Shown one piece after another: positions 54,258-64,000 of a stretch of DNA of 64,000 bases (positions are counted from its first letter, which is position 1; each line of letters starts with the position of its first letter). The translations under genes were made by a program, and so were the position numbers. Source of the stretch: Clostridia bacterium (lineage in GTDB: Bacteria > Bacillota > Clostridia > UBA1212 > UBA1255); contig JAGBGO010000009.1 of assembly GCA_017935905.1 (NCBI GenBank), positions 575 to 64,574 on the forward strand, read 5' to 3'. The notes beneath the pieces were generated by a model that was given only the letters and a program-made list of their open reading frames with translations, was not told the DNA's origin and did no database searches.

Positions 54258-56873
54258 TCACTTACAATAATACCAACTGACTTCCGAATGAGACACTTCC
54301 GCTTTCAAAGGCACCGCCATTTGGAAAGCACCTTCCATGGCTTCTTTCAAAAGGGCCTGTACAGCCTCCGCTTCTTCCCGCACCGCATCAATGAGCAATT
54401 CGTCGTGAACTTGTAAAATAAGTTTCGACTTGAAACCGCCTGCTTTCAAGGCCTGCTCCGTGCGCACCATAGCCAGCTTAATAATATCCGCCGCCGTACC
54501 TTGGATGGGCATATTCATAGCCACACGCTCTCCGAATTGTCGGGTCATATATTTGGCGGCATGCAGTTCCGGAAGCAAGCGCCGGCGGCCCAGCAAAGTT
54601 TCCGCATAGCCGGTTTCTTTAGCGCGGTTCACCATTTCTTCCATAAAGGCGTGGATGCCCGGATATTGGGTAAAATAACTTTCAATATATCGCTTGGCTT
54701 CAAATCGGCTGATGCCTAAATCACGGCTTAAACCAAATTCACTGATTCCGTACACAATCCCGAAGTTCACCGCTTTCGCGCCGGCACGCATTTGAGGCGT
54801 AACCATTTCCACAGGAACACCGTTTACCTGTGCCGCCGTAATCGTGTGTATGTCTGCATCTTCTTTGAAGGCCTGAATCATAGCTTCGTCCCCTGCCATA
54901 GAGGCCAGTACCCGAAGTTCGATTTGGGAATAGTCTGCATCAATCAGCACGTGGTCCGGACTGCTGGGAACGAAAGCTTTGCGAATCTTTCTGCCAAGAC
55001 TGCTGCGAATAGGAATATTCTGTAAGTTTGGTTCCGAGGAGCTTAATCGACCCGTTGCCGTCACGGTTTGGTGGAAGGTGGAAAAAACCCTGCCGGAAGC
55101 CCCATCGATCACGTGGAGCAAACCGTCGATATACGTAGATTTCAGTTTCACGTTCTGTCGGTATTCCAAGATTGCCGGAATGATTTCGTGCGCATCCATG
55201 AGTTTCTCCAGCACGTCCGCGTCGGTGGAATAACCGGTCTTGGTTTTCTTGCTGCCTTGAAGGCCTAATTTTTCAAACAAGATCACACCCAACTGACGGG
55301 TTGAATTGATATTAAACGTCTCCCCTGCCAAAGCGTAAATCTGCTCTGTCAGTTCTTGAATACGGGCTTCCAACTGTCGACCTTCTTCTTCCAAAATAGC
55401 CCGGTCTACTTTGAAACCACGGCTTTCCATGTTGGCAAGTACGGAAATCAAAGGCAGTTCAATCTTGCTGTATAAATCCCATTGTCCTTCTTGTTCTAAG
55501 CGCATTTTACCGGAAGTCCAAGCCTCCCGAATACCAAATACGTTGGGCAGTAAACTCTTCCCCGTTAAGAAACGAAGCACTTGTCCCAAATCGTCGCTCT
55601 TTCTGGTGGAATCCAACAAATAAGAAGCCACGGACAAATCCCCCGCTACCCCTTGCACCGCAATGCCTAATGACACGCACCAACGAAGAAACGGTTTTGC
55701 TTGGAAGAACACTTTCTCCACGGCAGCGTCTTCCAAAATCGGCTTCAAACGCCGCGCTGTTTCATCGGCCTCATCTTCAGATATCCGCACTCTTGCGTCG
55801 GATTCACCCCGCACCAGATCAAAAGCCATAGGCGCGGTATTTTGCACCAGACAATAGATCGGTCCCTCTGCCGCCATAATGGTTTCCACGTCCATTTCCG
55901 GAATATCAGCAGAGGCAGCCGCTCCCTGCTCCATAAAAGAAAACAAAGACATAGGCTCGTCCTCTTCCGGGGGCATTTGTACGGCAGGCGAAATATCGCC
56001 GCACAATTTCTTCTTAAACGTCTTAAATTCCAAGCGATCTAAGAGCCGCGCCAAATCTAAAGTGCAAGCCTCTTTCAGCCGCACGATTTCCCAGTTTAGT
56101 TCAATAGGTGCAGTGGTACAAATCTCTCCTAACATACGGCTTAAATAAGCACTGTCTTTATGTTCGGTAAGTTTCGCCTTCAAAGCCGGTTTAGAAATCT
56201 CCTCTACGTGTTCATAAACCCCGTCTAGACTTCCGTATTGGGTAATCAAGGATAAAGCCGTCTTCTCTCCCACGCCGGGCACTCCGGGAATATTGTCGGA
56301 AGTGTCGCCCATTAAAGCCTTCACGTCAATCATGGCTTTCGGGGAAACGCCGTAGCGCTCCATTAAAGCCGGAATATCATATAAATTTCCCGTATTTTGT
56401 CCCGGTTTGCTGGTGAGCAGCATGACTTGGGTACGCTCCGAAATCAGTTGGAGAGAGTCTCGGTCCCCGGTTAAAATGATGGTTTGTACGTCCTCCCTTG
56501 TTTTCTCTGCCATACGGGCGCAAGTACCAAGAAGATCGTCTGCTTCATAGCCGGGAAGCTCCAAACGGGGAATGCCCATGGCATCCAGTAGCTCTTTCAA
56601 TACCGGCATCTGCATCGCCAGTTCCTCCGGCATAGACTTCCGGGTTCCTTTGTAGGCTGCATAGGCTTTGTGACGGAAGGTAGGGGCTTTCAGGTCGAAT
56701 GCCACCGCCACGTACATGGGGTTCAAAGCCTCTTTATGTTTCAGATAGATATTTAAGAAACCAAATAAAGCGCCGGTGTAAAGTCCCTCGGCGTTCTTCA
56801 TAAAACTGGCTTGCGTACCGTAAAATGCACGGTTGATTAAACTGTTTCCGTCAATTACAAGAAAGGTTTCCAT
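54258..56873 (-). CDS. polA: DNA polymerase I (3'-5' exonuclease domain degenerate)
   Basis: IDGNSLINRAFYG, GYEADD, GDTSDNIPGV, TGRLSSSEPNLQNIP, DYSQIELR, AKAVNFGIVYG, QVHDEL. Confidence 0.97.
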   Translation of the reverse strand: METFLVIDGNSLINRAFYGTQASFMKNAEGLYTGALFGFLNIYLKHKEALNPMYVAVAFDLKAPTFRHKAYAAYKGTRKSMPEELAMQMPVLKELLDAMGIPRLELPGYEADDLLGTCARMAEKTREDVQTIILTGDRDSLQLISERTQVMLLTSKPGQNTGNLYDIPALMERYGVSPKAMIDVKALMGDTSDNIPGVPGVGEKTALSLITQYGSLDGVYEHVEEISKPALKAKLTEHKDSAYLSRMLGEICTTAPIELNWEIVRLKEACTLDLARLLDRLEFKTFKKKLCGDISPAVQMPPEEDEPMSLFSFMEQGAAASADIPEMDVETIMAAEGPIYCLVQNTAPMAFDLVRGESDARVRISEDEADETARRLKPILEDAAVEKVFFQAKPFLRWCVSLGIAVQGVAGDLSVASYLLDSTRKSDDLGQVLRFLTGKSLLPNVFGIREAWTSGKMRLEQEGQWDLYSKIELPLISVLANMESRGFKVDRAILEEEGRQLEARIQELTEQIYALAGETFNINSTRQLGVILFEKLGLQGSKKTKTGYSTDADVLEKLMDAHEIIPAILEYRQNVKLKSTYIDGLLHVIDGASGRVFSTFHQTVTATGRLSSSEPNLQNIPIRSSLGRKIRKAFVPSSPDHVLIDADYSQIELRVLASMAGDEAMIQAFKEDADIHTITAAQVNGVPVEMVTPQMRAGAKAVNFGIVYGISEFGLSRDLGISRFEAKRYIESYFTQYPGIHAFMEEMVNRAKETGYAETLLGRRRLLPELHAAKYMTRQFGERVAMNMPIQGTAADIIKLAMVRTEQALKAGGFKSKLILQVHDELLIDAVREEAEAVQALLKEAMEGAFQMAVPLKAEVSHSEVSWYYCK

Positions 56874-56905
56874 AGCCCTGATCCCCTTACGAAATTCTTC
56901 TTTTT

Positions 56906-56934
56906 ATTATGCCATATCCACCGGGGAAAGTCAA
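56906..56934 (-). promoter_or_regulatory. sigma-A-type promoter for polA-coaE
   Basis: TTGACT (56934-56929), 17 bp, TG-G-CATAAT (56911-56906). Confidence 0.65.
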
Positions 56935-56936
56935 TT

Positions 56937-58556
56937 TCACACCGCCTCTTTCACAAACCGGCTGGCATTTTCCCACCGCCCGCCACGCTTTAAGGGATAG
57001 CACAAAAACAAGCGCTCCTTCGCCCGGGTCATTCCCACGTAGAAAAGCCTGCGTTCCTCTTCCAAATCATCTCCTATGGTAGCGCCGCTTCCGGGAAATT
57101 CTCCTTCCACTAAGTCCACCATATAGACCGTATCAAATTCAAGACCTTTGGCAGAATGCACCGTAGAAAGAATCACCTGGGCATTTTCACAGGGCGCCTT
57201 CTCCCCTTTTTCCATTTTTGAAAGTAGCGCCACACATTCCTTCCATGTTGCGCACAAGGATACCAGCAATTCTGCAAACTGGAATACGGCAGACAAATAA
57301 CGCTGTTGTACGCCTTTTCGCTCAAAATCCTGACGCAATGCCTGCAGCCGACCCCGGCGCATCATTTCCTTGTACGTTTTCTTCGGGCCGGGTACAAACA
57401 GGCCGGCGTGCCGCTCTCCTGCCAAAATGCCCTCCAGAATCATCCACAGCGGTTCGATTTCCCGGATAGATTCAATGCCGCCCCGCACAGTATAGGGAAT
57501 ATTTCGAGCCGTCAAAAGCAGCCGCATAGATAAGGCAGAAACCGTATTGCGGTAAAGAACGGCTTGGCTTCCCGGCCATTTTCCCAAGTGGTCGCAGATA
57601 TACGTAGTTTGCTCTCCGCCGCTTCCAAAGATACGCACCTGTACTTTCTCCCCTTTTGGACGTGTGGTGTATAGATCTTTGGTAAAACGCTTTTCATTAT
57701 GCCCCACTAATTTTGCCGCTGCGGACACCACGCTGCCTGTAGACCGATAATTTTGGGTTAAATCATAGCGGGCGCAATCTTCATACCGCTTAGCAAAGTC
57801 AAAGACGCACTCCGGCTCCGCCCCGCGAAATCGGTAAATACTTTGGTCATCATCTGCTACCACAAACAGGTTTCGGTGCGGTGCAATGAGACGAATAAGT
57901 TCGTATTGAGCGGCAGATAAATCCTGGGCTTCATCCACCTGAATATAGTCAAATCGGTTCGAAATTTCCTTGCAAAAGGCAGTATCTTCTTGAAGCAAAC
58001 GAAGGGCCATAGTAATCATATCGTCAAAATCAATCAAGTTGTGTTCCGCTTTGTACGCTTCGTACGCCGCCTGAATCCGGTCAAAATTCCGAACGTCGCA
58101 GGGACCTTGGTGATGGCGGGCCATTAAGCCTTGAATTTGGGCCAAGGTGCTCTCTTCCGGTTTGAGATGATTGATTTGGGTATAGAGGGTGGTCAAGAGC
58201 TGCATTTTACCCGCCCCATCCTCCATTCTGGTAAAATGCCGCCCGGACGCCCGCTCATAAATCCCGATGACCCCATTGCAAAATGCGTGGACCGTTTGAT
58301 ATACGGGAATTTCGACCGGCTTAGGCCGCGAAATTCCGGCTAAGGCACAGTACCGCCGTGCCATTTCTCTGCCTGCCGCTCGGGTAAAAGTTACAGACAG
58401 CAATCGTCCGGGGCTTTGAATTTCTTTTGCAATCGCCACACTTCTGTGGGTGATTACCGTAGTCTTGCCGCTCCCGGGTCCTGCTAAAACTAAAGCGGGG
58501 CCGCTTCTGTGTGAAACGGCCGCCATTTGTGCTTCATTTAAAATTGTCTCCCCCAA
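56937..58556 (-). CDS. Short UvrD/PcrA-like SF1A helicase
   Basis: AGPGSGKT, DEAQD, DDDQSIYRFRG, QNYRS, LYRN, STVHSAKGLEF, EERRLFYVGMTRA. Confidence 0.88.
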   Translation of the reverse strand: MGETILNEAQMAAVSHRSGPALVLAGPGSGKTTVITHRSVAIAKEIQSPGRLLSVTFTRAAGREMARRYCALAGISRPKPVEIPVYQTVHAFCNGVIGIYERASGRHFTRMEDGAGKMQLLTTLYTQINHLKPEESTLAQIQGLMARHHQGPCDVRNFDRIQAAYEAYKAEHNLIDFDDMITMALRLLQEDTAFCKEISNRFDYIQVDEAQDLSAAQYELIRLIAPHRNLFVVADDDQSIYRFRGAEPECVFDFAKRYEDCARYDLTQNYRSTGSVVSAAAKLVGHNEKRFTKDLYTTRPKGEKVQVRIFGSGGEQTTYICDHLGKWPGSQAVLYRNTVSALSMRLLLTARNIPYTVRGGIESIREIEPLWMILEGILAGERHAGLFVPGPKKTYKEMMRRGRLQALRQDFERKGVQQRYLSAVFQFAELLVSLCATWKECVALLSKMEKGEKAPCENAQVILSTVHSAKGLEFDTVYMVDLVEGEFPGSGATIGDDLEEERRLFYVGMTRAKERLFLCYPLKRGGRWENASRFVKEAV

Positions 58557-58574
58557 TGTTCCCTCCTATACTGT

Positions 58575-60296
58575 TTACATCTTCTCTACAACCTCCACGC
58601 CGATTAAGTGAAGCGCAGAACGAATACATACGCACGCCGCTTCGGTGAGTTTCAAGCGAGCATCCCGCACACCGTCCTCTGCCTTCATAATGGAACAGTT
58701 GTTATAGAATTTATTAAACTGCTGGGCAAGCTCCGTAACGTAACGGGTTACCACACAAGGCTCGTACTTCTCCGCAGCCTCCCGTACAACGCTTTGGAAA
58801 CGGTTTAAGAGCATCACCAATGCGTACTCCTCATCGGAGGTTGCCAGACTCAAATCCGCATTCGCAAAGTCGATGCCCATCTCCGCCGTCTTACGCAATA
58901 CGCTCTTGCCTCTTGCGTAGGCATACTGTACGTAAGGGCCGGATTCTCCTTCAAAGTCCAGCATATCTTTCCATGTAAAGATAATATCTCTTTCTCTGCC
59001 ATTCTTCAAGAAAGCATACAAAACGGCGCCTACGCCAATCTTCTCGGATACGTAATCCAAGTCTTCCACGTGTTTGCTGGTAGCGCTTTGGAGAATAATC
59101 TCCCGGGTCTTCTCTACAGCTTCCTTCAGCACGTCTTCTAAGAGCACTACGTCGCCGTGACGGGTGGAAAGTACCCGATCCGGGAAACGGACGTAGCCAA
59201 ATCCCACGTGCACGCATCCGTCTGCACAGTCCATACCCATTTTATCCAAGCAAGCGAATACTTGCTTGAAATGAAGGGCTTGGGGCGTCCCCACTACGTA
59301 AATATTCTTAAAGAAATCATAGTGACGCTTTCTATATACGGCTGCCGCAATATCACGGGTTGCATAAATGGTAGAACCGTCGGATTTCAGAATAATGCAA
59401 GGCGGCATATTGTCGTCTTCAAAACGAACGACCTGGGCGCCGTCGCTTTCTTCCAAAATGTTCTTGGCACGCATAATTTCTACAACTTCCGGCATCTTAT
59501 CGGAATAGAAACTCTCTCCTGCATAAGAGTCGAAAGAAATACCCAGCATATCGTACATCCGGTTAAATTCTGTCAAGCTGGCTTCTACGAAGAACTTCCA
59601 AAGACGGGTAACCTCTTCATCTCCATCTTCCAAAGCCTTGAAGTAAGCTCGTGCTTCATCTTCCAATTCCGGCTGTGTCTCTGCTTCCTTGTGGAACTGT
59701 ACGTAGATCTTGAGAAGTTCGTTAATGGGATCTTTCCGTACGGCTTCTTCATTTCCCCATCGCTTGTAAGCGCTGATAAGCTTACCGAACTGGGTTCCCC
59801 AGTCGCCTAAGTGGTTAATCTTCACCGTATCGTAGCCCAGGAAGCTGTAAATACGCTCTAAAGAACTACCTAAAGCGGTAGAAACCAAGTGGCCAATATG
59901 GAAAGGCTTTGCAATGTTGGGAGAGGAAAATTCCACCAACACTTTCTTGCCGGCTCCCTCTTGGGACTTTCCGTAGTCGTCCCCTTGTGTCAGCACGCTG
60001 TCTACAACTGCCTTGGTGACCGCTGCGCGGTTTAAGAAGAAGTTCAAATAGCCACCGGCAACTTGCACCTTCTCAACCAGTTCAGGAAGGGCGCCTGCAT
60101 TTTCGATCTTTTCGCTGATTTCTTTGGCAATCATCGGCGGCGCTTTTCGAAGCGTCTTTGCCAGTTGGAAGCACGGGAACGCCAGATCGCCCATTTTACG
60201 ATCCGGGGGCGTTTCTAAGAACTTCACGTAGTTGCTTCCCTCTGACTCCCCAAGGACTGTGGCAATCAGGGAAGCGACGGTCATTTTTTCATTCAT
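58575..60296 (-). CDS. argS: Arginyl-tRNA synthetase
   Basis: GDLAFPCF, EFSSPNIAKPFHIGH, HLGDWGTQFG, YATRD, GESGPYVQY. Confidence 0.97.
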   Translation of the reverse strand: MNEKMTVASLIATVLGESEGSNYVKFLETPPDRKMGDLAFPCFQLAKTLRKAPPMIAKEISEKIENAGALPELVEKVQVAGGYLNFFLNRAAVTKAVVDSVLTQGDDYGKSQEGAGKKVLVEFSSPNIAKPFHIGHLVSTALGSSLERIYSFLGYDTVKINHLGDWGTQFGKLISAYKRWGNEEAVRKDPINELLKIYVQFHKEAETQPELEDEARAYFKALEDGDEEVTRLWKFFVEASLTEFNRMYDMLGISFDSYAGESFYSDKMPEVVEIMRAKNILEESDGAQVVRFEDDNMPPCIILKSDGSTIYATRDIAAAVYRKRHYDFFKNIYVVGTPQALHFKQVFACLDKMGMDCADGCVHVGFGYVRFPDRVLSTRHGDVVLLEDVLKEAVEKTREIILQSATSKHVEDLDYVSEKIGVGAVLYAFLKNGRERDIIFTWKDMLDFEGESGPYVQYAYARGKSVLRKTAEMGIDFANADLSLATSDEEYALVMLLNRFQSVVREAAEKYEPCVVTRYVTELAQQFNKFYNNCSIMKAEDGVRDARLKLTEAACVCIRSALHLIGVEVVEKM

Positions 60297-60310
60297 GGAG
60301 GATCCTCCTC

Positions 60311-62746
60311 TTAACTTACAACAATGTTCACAATCTTGCCGGGTACAACGATTACTTTGCGCACCGTCTTACCATCAATATAGCCTTGAATCTTCTCGTC
60401 TGCCAAAGCATACGCTTCGATTTGGGCTTTATCATAAGACGTAGGAACCGTGATACGGCCTTTCAGTTTGCCGCAAATCTGTACAGCCAGTTCAATTTCG
60501 TCCTTCACCATAGCGGCTTCATCATATTCCGGCCAAGTCTCCTGATAAAGCATCTTGTCAGATAACTTGAGGGCTTCCCACATTTCTTCCGTAATGTGAG
60601 GAGCAACCGGGTTTAAGAGCAGCAACAATGCGCGAAGGTCGCCTCTTGAGAGAGAACCGTTTGCGTAAATATCGTTTACCAATGCCATCATAGCGGCAAT
60701 ACCCGTGTTAAACTTCATGCGCTCGTAGTCTTCGGAAACTTTCTTAATGGTCTGGTGTACGTTTGCCTTAAGTGCCTGAGAAATTTCTTCCTCATCTGTT
60801 ACGATTTCCTGGAGTTTCCATACACGGTCCAAGAAACGGTAACAACCGCGAGCGCCCTTGGTAGACCACGGAATCGCCTGGTCGAAAGCACCCATAAACA
60901 TTTCGTACAAACGGAATGCATCAGCACCCAACTCATTTACAATATCATCCGGATTGATCACGTTGCCGCGGGACTTGGACATCTTCTCCCCGTTCTCACC
61001 TAATATCATACCGTGAGAAGTACGCTTTACGTAAGGCTCCGGACAAGATACGGCACCAATATCATATAAGAATTTATGCCAGAATCTGGAATAAAGCAAG
61101 TGCAGCGTGGTATGCTCCATACCGCCGTTGTACCAGTCCACAGGAAGCCAGTAATCCATAGCCTCTTTGGAAATCATTTCGTCGTTATTGTGGGGATCAC
61201 AGTAACGAATGAAGTACCAGGAAGAACCTGCCCACTGAGGCATGGTATCCGTCTCACGCTTTGCAGGCGCACCGCACTTGGGACAAGTGGTATTGACCCA
61301 CTCCGGCACGTTGACCAAGGGAGACTCACCGCTGTCGGTTTGCACGTAGTTATCAATTTCAGGCAGCGTTAAAGGAAGCTCATGCTCCGGTACCGGCACC
61401 CATCCGCAGTGTTCACAGTATACCAAGGGAATCGGCTCGCCCCAATAACGTTGACGGCTGAATACCCAGTCACGAAGTTTAAAGTTGACTTTCCGCTCGC
61501 CAAGGCCTTTCTCGTTCAGCCAGTCAATAATGGTCTTCTTGGCTTCTTCAACGCTAAGACCGTTTAAGAAATCGGAGTTCACCATGGTTCCGGTTTGAAT
61601 ATCGGTAAAAGCGGCCTCTTGTACATTGCCACCGGCAACGACTTCAATAATGGGCAAACCAAACTTCTTAGCAAAGGCCCAGTCTCTGTCGTCGTGCGCC
61701 GGAACCGCCATAATGGCACCGGTTCCGTAAGAGTTTAATACGTAGTCAGACGTCCAAACAGGAATTTCTCTGCCGTTTACAGGGTTAATGGCAGTAATGC
61801 CTTCTAACGGAACACCGGTCTTGTCTTTCGCAAGCTCCGTACGCTCAAAGTCAGACTTTTTGGCAGCCTCTGCCTTGTATGCAAGTACGGCGTCGTAGTT
61901 GGTAATATGGGCCTTCATACGCTCAATTGCCGGATGCTCGGGAGATACAACCATGTACGTCGCACCGAACAAGGTATCCGGGCGAGTGGTATAAACGGTG
62001 AGCTTCTCACCGGTCTGGGGCACGGTAAAATGCACCTCAGCACCCTCACTTCTGCCAATCCAGTTCTTCTGCTGGGTCTTTACTTTCTCAATAAAAGCAA
62101 CGTCATCTAAGCCGTCCAACAACTTCTGTGCGTAGTCGGTAATGCGCAGCATCCACTGGGATTTCACTTTTCGTACAACTTCCCCACCGCAACGTTCGCA
62201 CACGCCGTTTACCACTTCTTCGTTGGCAAGACCTACTTTACAAGAGGTACACCAGTTAATGGGCATCTCCGTCTTGTAGGCAAGGCCTTTTTCAAATAAC
62301 TTTAAGAAAATCCACTGGGTCCACTTATAATAATTCGGATCGGTGGTATTGATTTCTTTGGACCAGTCGAAACCGAAGCCCAACATCTTCAATTGCGCCT
62401 TAAAACGAGCCACGTTGTTTGCCGTAACGGTTGCGGGATGCATCTTATTCTTAATGGCAAAGTTCTCCGTAGGCAGACCGAATGCGTCCCAACCAATGGG
62501 GAACAAAACGTTGTAGCCTTCCATACGGCGTTTACGGCCGATAATATCCATAGCAGTATTGGACCTGGGATGACCTACGTGAAGTCCGTTTCCGGAAGGA
62601 TACGGAAATTCAATCAAACCGTAGAATTTCTTCTTGGTATAGTCCGTAGAGGTTTCGAATGCTTTCTTCTCCTCCCAAATATCCTGCCACTTTTTCTCAA
62701 TGGCTGCGTGATCATACTCTTTAATCTTCTTCATTTGCTCACTCAT
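60311..62746 (-). CDS. leuS: Leucyl-tRNA synthetase
   Basis: [37 protein letters not shown]; start at MSEQ. Confidence 0.98.
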   Translation of the reverse strand: MSEQMKKIKEYDHAAIEKKWQDIWEEKKAFETSTDYTKKKFYGLIEFPYPSGNGLHVGHPRSNTAMDIIGRKRRMEGYNVLFPIGWDAFGLPTENFAIKNKMHPATVTANNVARFKAQLKMLGFGFDWSKEINTTDPNYYKWTQWIFLKLFEKGLAYKTEMPINWCTSCKVGLANEEVVNGVCERCGGEVVRKVKSQWMLRITDYAQKLLDGLDDVAFIEKVKTQQKNWIGRSEGAEVHFTVPQTGEKLTVYTTRPDTLFGATYMVVSPEHPAIERMKAHITNYDAVLAYKAEAAKKSDFERTELAKDKTGVPLEGITAINPVNGREIPVWTSDYVLNSYGTGAIMAVPAHDDRDWAFAKKFGLPIIEVVAGGNVQEAAFTDIQTGTMVNSDFLNGLSVEEAKKTIIDWLNEKGLGERKVNFKLRDWVFSRQRYWGEPIPLVYCEHCGWVPVPEHELPLTLPEIDNYVQTDSGESPLVNVPEWVNTTCPKCGAPAKRETDTMPQWAGSSWYFIRYCDPHNNDEMISKEAMDYWLPVDWYNGGMEHTTLHLLYSRFWHKFLYDIGAVSCPEPYVKRTSHGMILGENGEKMSKSRGNVINPDDIVNELGADAFRLYEMFMGAFDQAIPWSTKGARGCYRFLDRVWKLQEIVTDEEEISQALKANVHQTIKKVSEDYERMKFNTGIAAMMALVNDIYANGSLSRGDLRALLLLLNPVAPHITEEMWEALKLSDKMLYQETWPEYDEAAMVKDEIELAVQICGKLKGRITVPTSYDKAQIEAYALADEKIQGYIDGKTVRKVIVVPGKIVNIVVS

Positions 62747-62770
62747 ACTGATCCACAATCCTTTCTATCC

Positions 62771-64000
62771 TTATCGACCGGAAATATCGAAATAATCTTG
62801 TTTCTTACCTACGTTCTTATATGCAGGACGAATAATTCTGTTCCCCACGGCCAGTTCCTCTAACCGGTGGGCACTCCAACCTGCAATTCTGGAAATGGCA
62901 AAGATCGGCGTGTAAAGCTCTACCGGAATTCCTAACATGGTGTATACGAAGCCGGAATAAAGGTCTACGTTGGCACAAATATCTTTGCTGTTGTGCTTCA
63001 CTTCTTCAAACACACCGGGGGTAAGTTTCTCAATTTTTTGATACAGTTCAAATTCTTTCAGGTAGTCACCGCCGTAGGCGTTCGCCAGTTCAGCTGCTTT
63101 CTGCTTCAGCAAATTCGCTCTAGGATCCGACTTGGTGTAAATGGCATGTCCCATACCGTAAACCAAACCGGAGCCGTCATAGGCTTGCTTATTCAGAATC
63201 TTCGCCAAATAAGACCGGACTTCCTGTTCATCTTCCCAGTTGTGTACGTTCTCTTTAATATCTTTCATCATTCCCATAACGCGCAGATTTGCACCGCCGT
63301 GCTTAGGTCCTTTCAAAGAACCTACTGCCGCCGCAATGGCAGAATACGTATCCGTACCGGTAGACGTTACTACGTGCACGGTAAAGGAAGAGTTGTTGCC
63401 GCCGCCATGTTCTGCGTGGATAATCAGGTTTAAGTCTAAAATTTCCGCCTCTAAACGGGTATACTTACTGTCCGGACGAATCATCTGGAGGAAGTTCTCC
63501 GAGGTGGACAGCCCCTTCTCCGGGTTGTGAATATACAGGCTCCGTCCCTCGTAGTAGTGGCATCGTGCCTGGTAAGCATAGGCCACCATCGTCGGGAACT
63601 GGGCAATCAACCGGGTGCATTGACGCAGCACGTTATCAAAGGACAGATCGTCCGGGTTGTCATCATAAGAATAGGATGCCAACACACACCGTGCCAACTT
63701 GTTCATAATGTCGTGGCTGGGTGCTTTCATAATCATATCTTCCGCAAAACCGTCCGGAAGACGTCTGCTGTCGTCTAAATACTGAGTAAATTCCTTTAAC
63801 TGGGCGTTGGAAGGAAGCTGTCCGGTTAAGAGCAAATAAGCGCATTCCTCAAAACCGAAGCGGCCGTTGGCAGCACATCCGTTTGCAAAGCGCTCCACGT
63901 CGATGCCTCGGTACAAAAGTCTGCCGTCTACCGGCACTTTTTCTTTCTCTTCCATAATATAGCCACGCACGTCACCAATACTGGTAAGACCTACCAATAC
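62771..64000 (-). CDS. gltA: Citrate synthase (5' end lies beyond the window)
   Basis: LLYRGID, HAEHGGGNNS, GPKHGGAN, GMGHAIY, DPRA, ANVDLYSG. Confidence 0.9.
   Translation of the reverse strand, partial: VLVGLTSIGDVRGYIMEEKEKVPVDGRLLYRGIDVERFANGCAANGRFGFEECAYLLLTGQLPSNAQLKEFTQYLDDSRRLPDGFAEDMIMKAPSHDIMNKLARCVLASYSYDDNPDDLSFDNVLRQCTRLIAQFPTMVAYAYQARCHYYEGRSLYIHNPEKGLSTSENFLQMIRPDSKYTRLEAEILDLNLIIHAEHGGGNNSSFTVHVVTSTGTDTYSAIAAAVGSLKGPKHGGANLRVMGMMKDIKENVHNWEDEQEVRSYLAKILNKQAYDGSGLVYGMGHAIYTKSDPRANLLKQKAAELANAYGGDYLKEFELYQKIEKLTPGVFEEVKHNSKDICANVDLYSGFVYTMLGIPVELYTPIFAISRIAGWSAHRLEELAVGNRIIRPAYKNVGKKQDYFDISGR

Noticed and set aside
55560-56000. Degenerate 3'-5' exonuclease region of PolA as a pseudogene sign
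   Set aside because: The frame is intact, and loss of proofreading residues is normal for Bacillota Pol I.
60297-62770. T-box leaders for argS or leuS, and a lysine riboswitch for lysA (23334)
   Set aside because: The gaps are only 14-24 bp, or the genes overlap, so there is no room for a leader.
1-64000. Mobile elements, prophage, defence systems, rRNA or tRNA genes
   Set aside because: No transposase, integrase, phage, restriction-modification, toxin-antitoxin or cas motifs in any ORF, and no cloverleaf or rRNA-like sequence in the short intergenic gaps.

Overview
A 64-kb chromosomal window from a spore-forming Clostridia-like (Bacillota) bacterium, almost all encoded on the minus strand. 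Most of it is housekeeping: ruvX (partial), ireB, an HPr-like gene, dnaE, pgm, lysA, engB, rnhB, rbgA, metA, ylbJ, murD, gatAB, coaE, polA, argS, leuS and a partial citrate synthase. I found no rRNA, tRNA, CRISPR array, transposase or integrase. Five things stand out. (1) aspS is fused in frame to gatC through an Ala/Gly linker. It heads an aspS-gatC/gatA/gatB/murD operon under a T-box leader whose specifier reads GAAC (Asn AAC overlapping Glu GAA). (2) A 14.5-kb, nine-gene carbohydrate-uptake locus encodes two permease pairs, a ~1040-aa membrane-anchored binding protein, an NHL-TPR-Yip1 fusion, a DUF5696-like protein and two lipoprotein binding proteins, with no ATPase, recognisable glycosidase or regulator. 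(3) A ~1250-aa secreted multidomain protein carries two sets of internal repeats and a C-terminal metallo-beta-lactamase-fold hydrolase. (4) An array of GGGAGGT-N22/23-ACCTC(C/A)C inverted repeats sits next to a plus-strand cbrA-like islet. (5) hflKC is translationally coupled to copA-copZ. All family assignments come from motif recognition by eye; no database searches were run. Starts were moved from the ORF track where an RBS supports a different codon.
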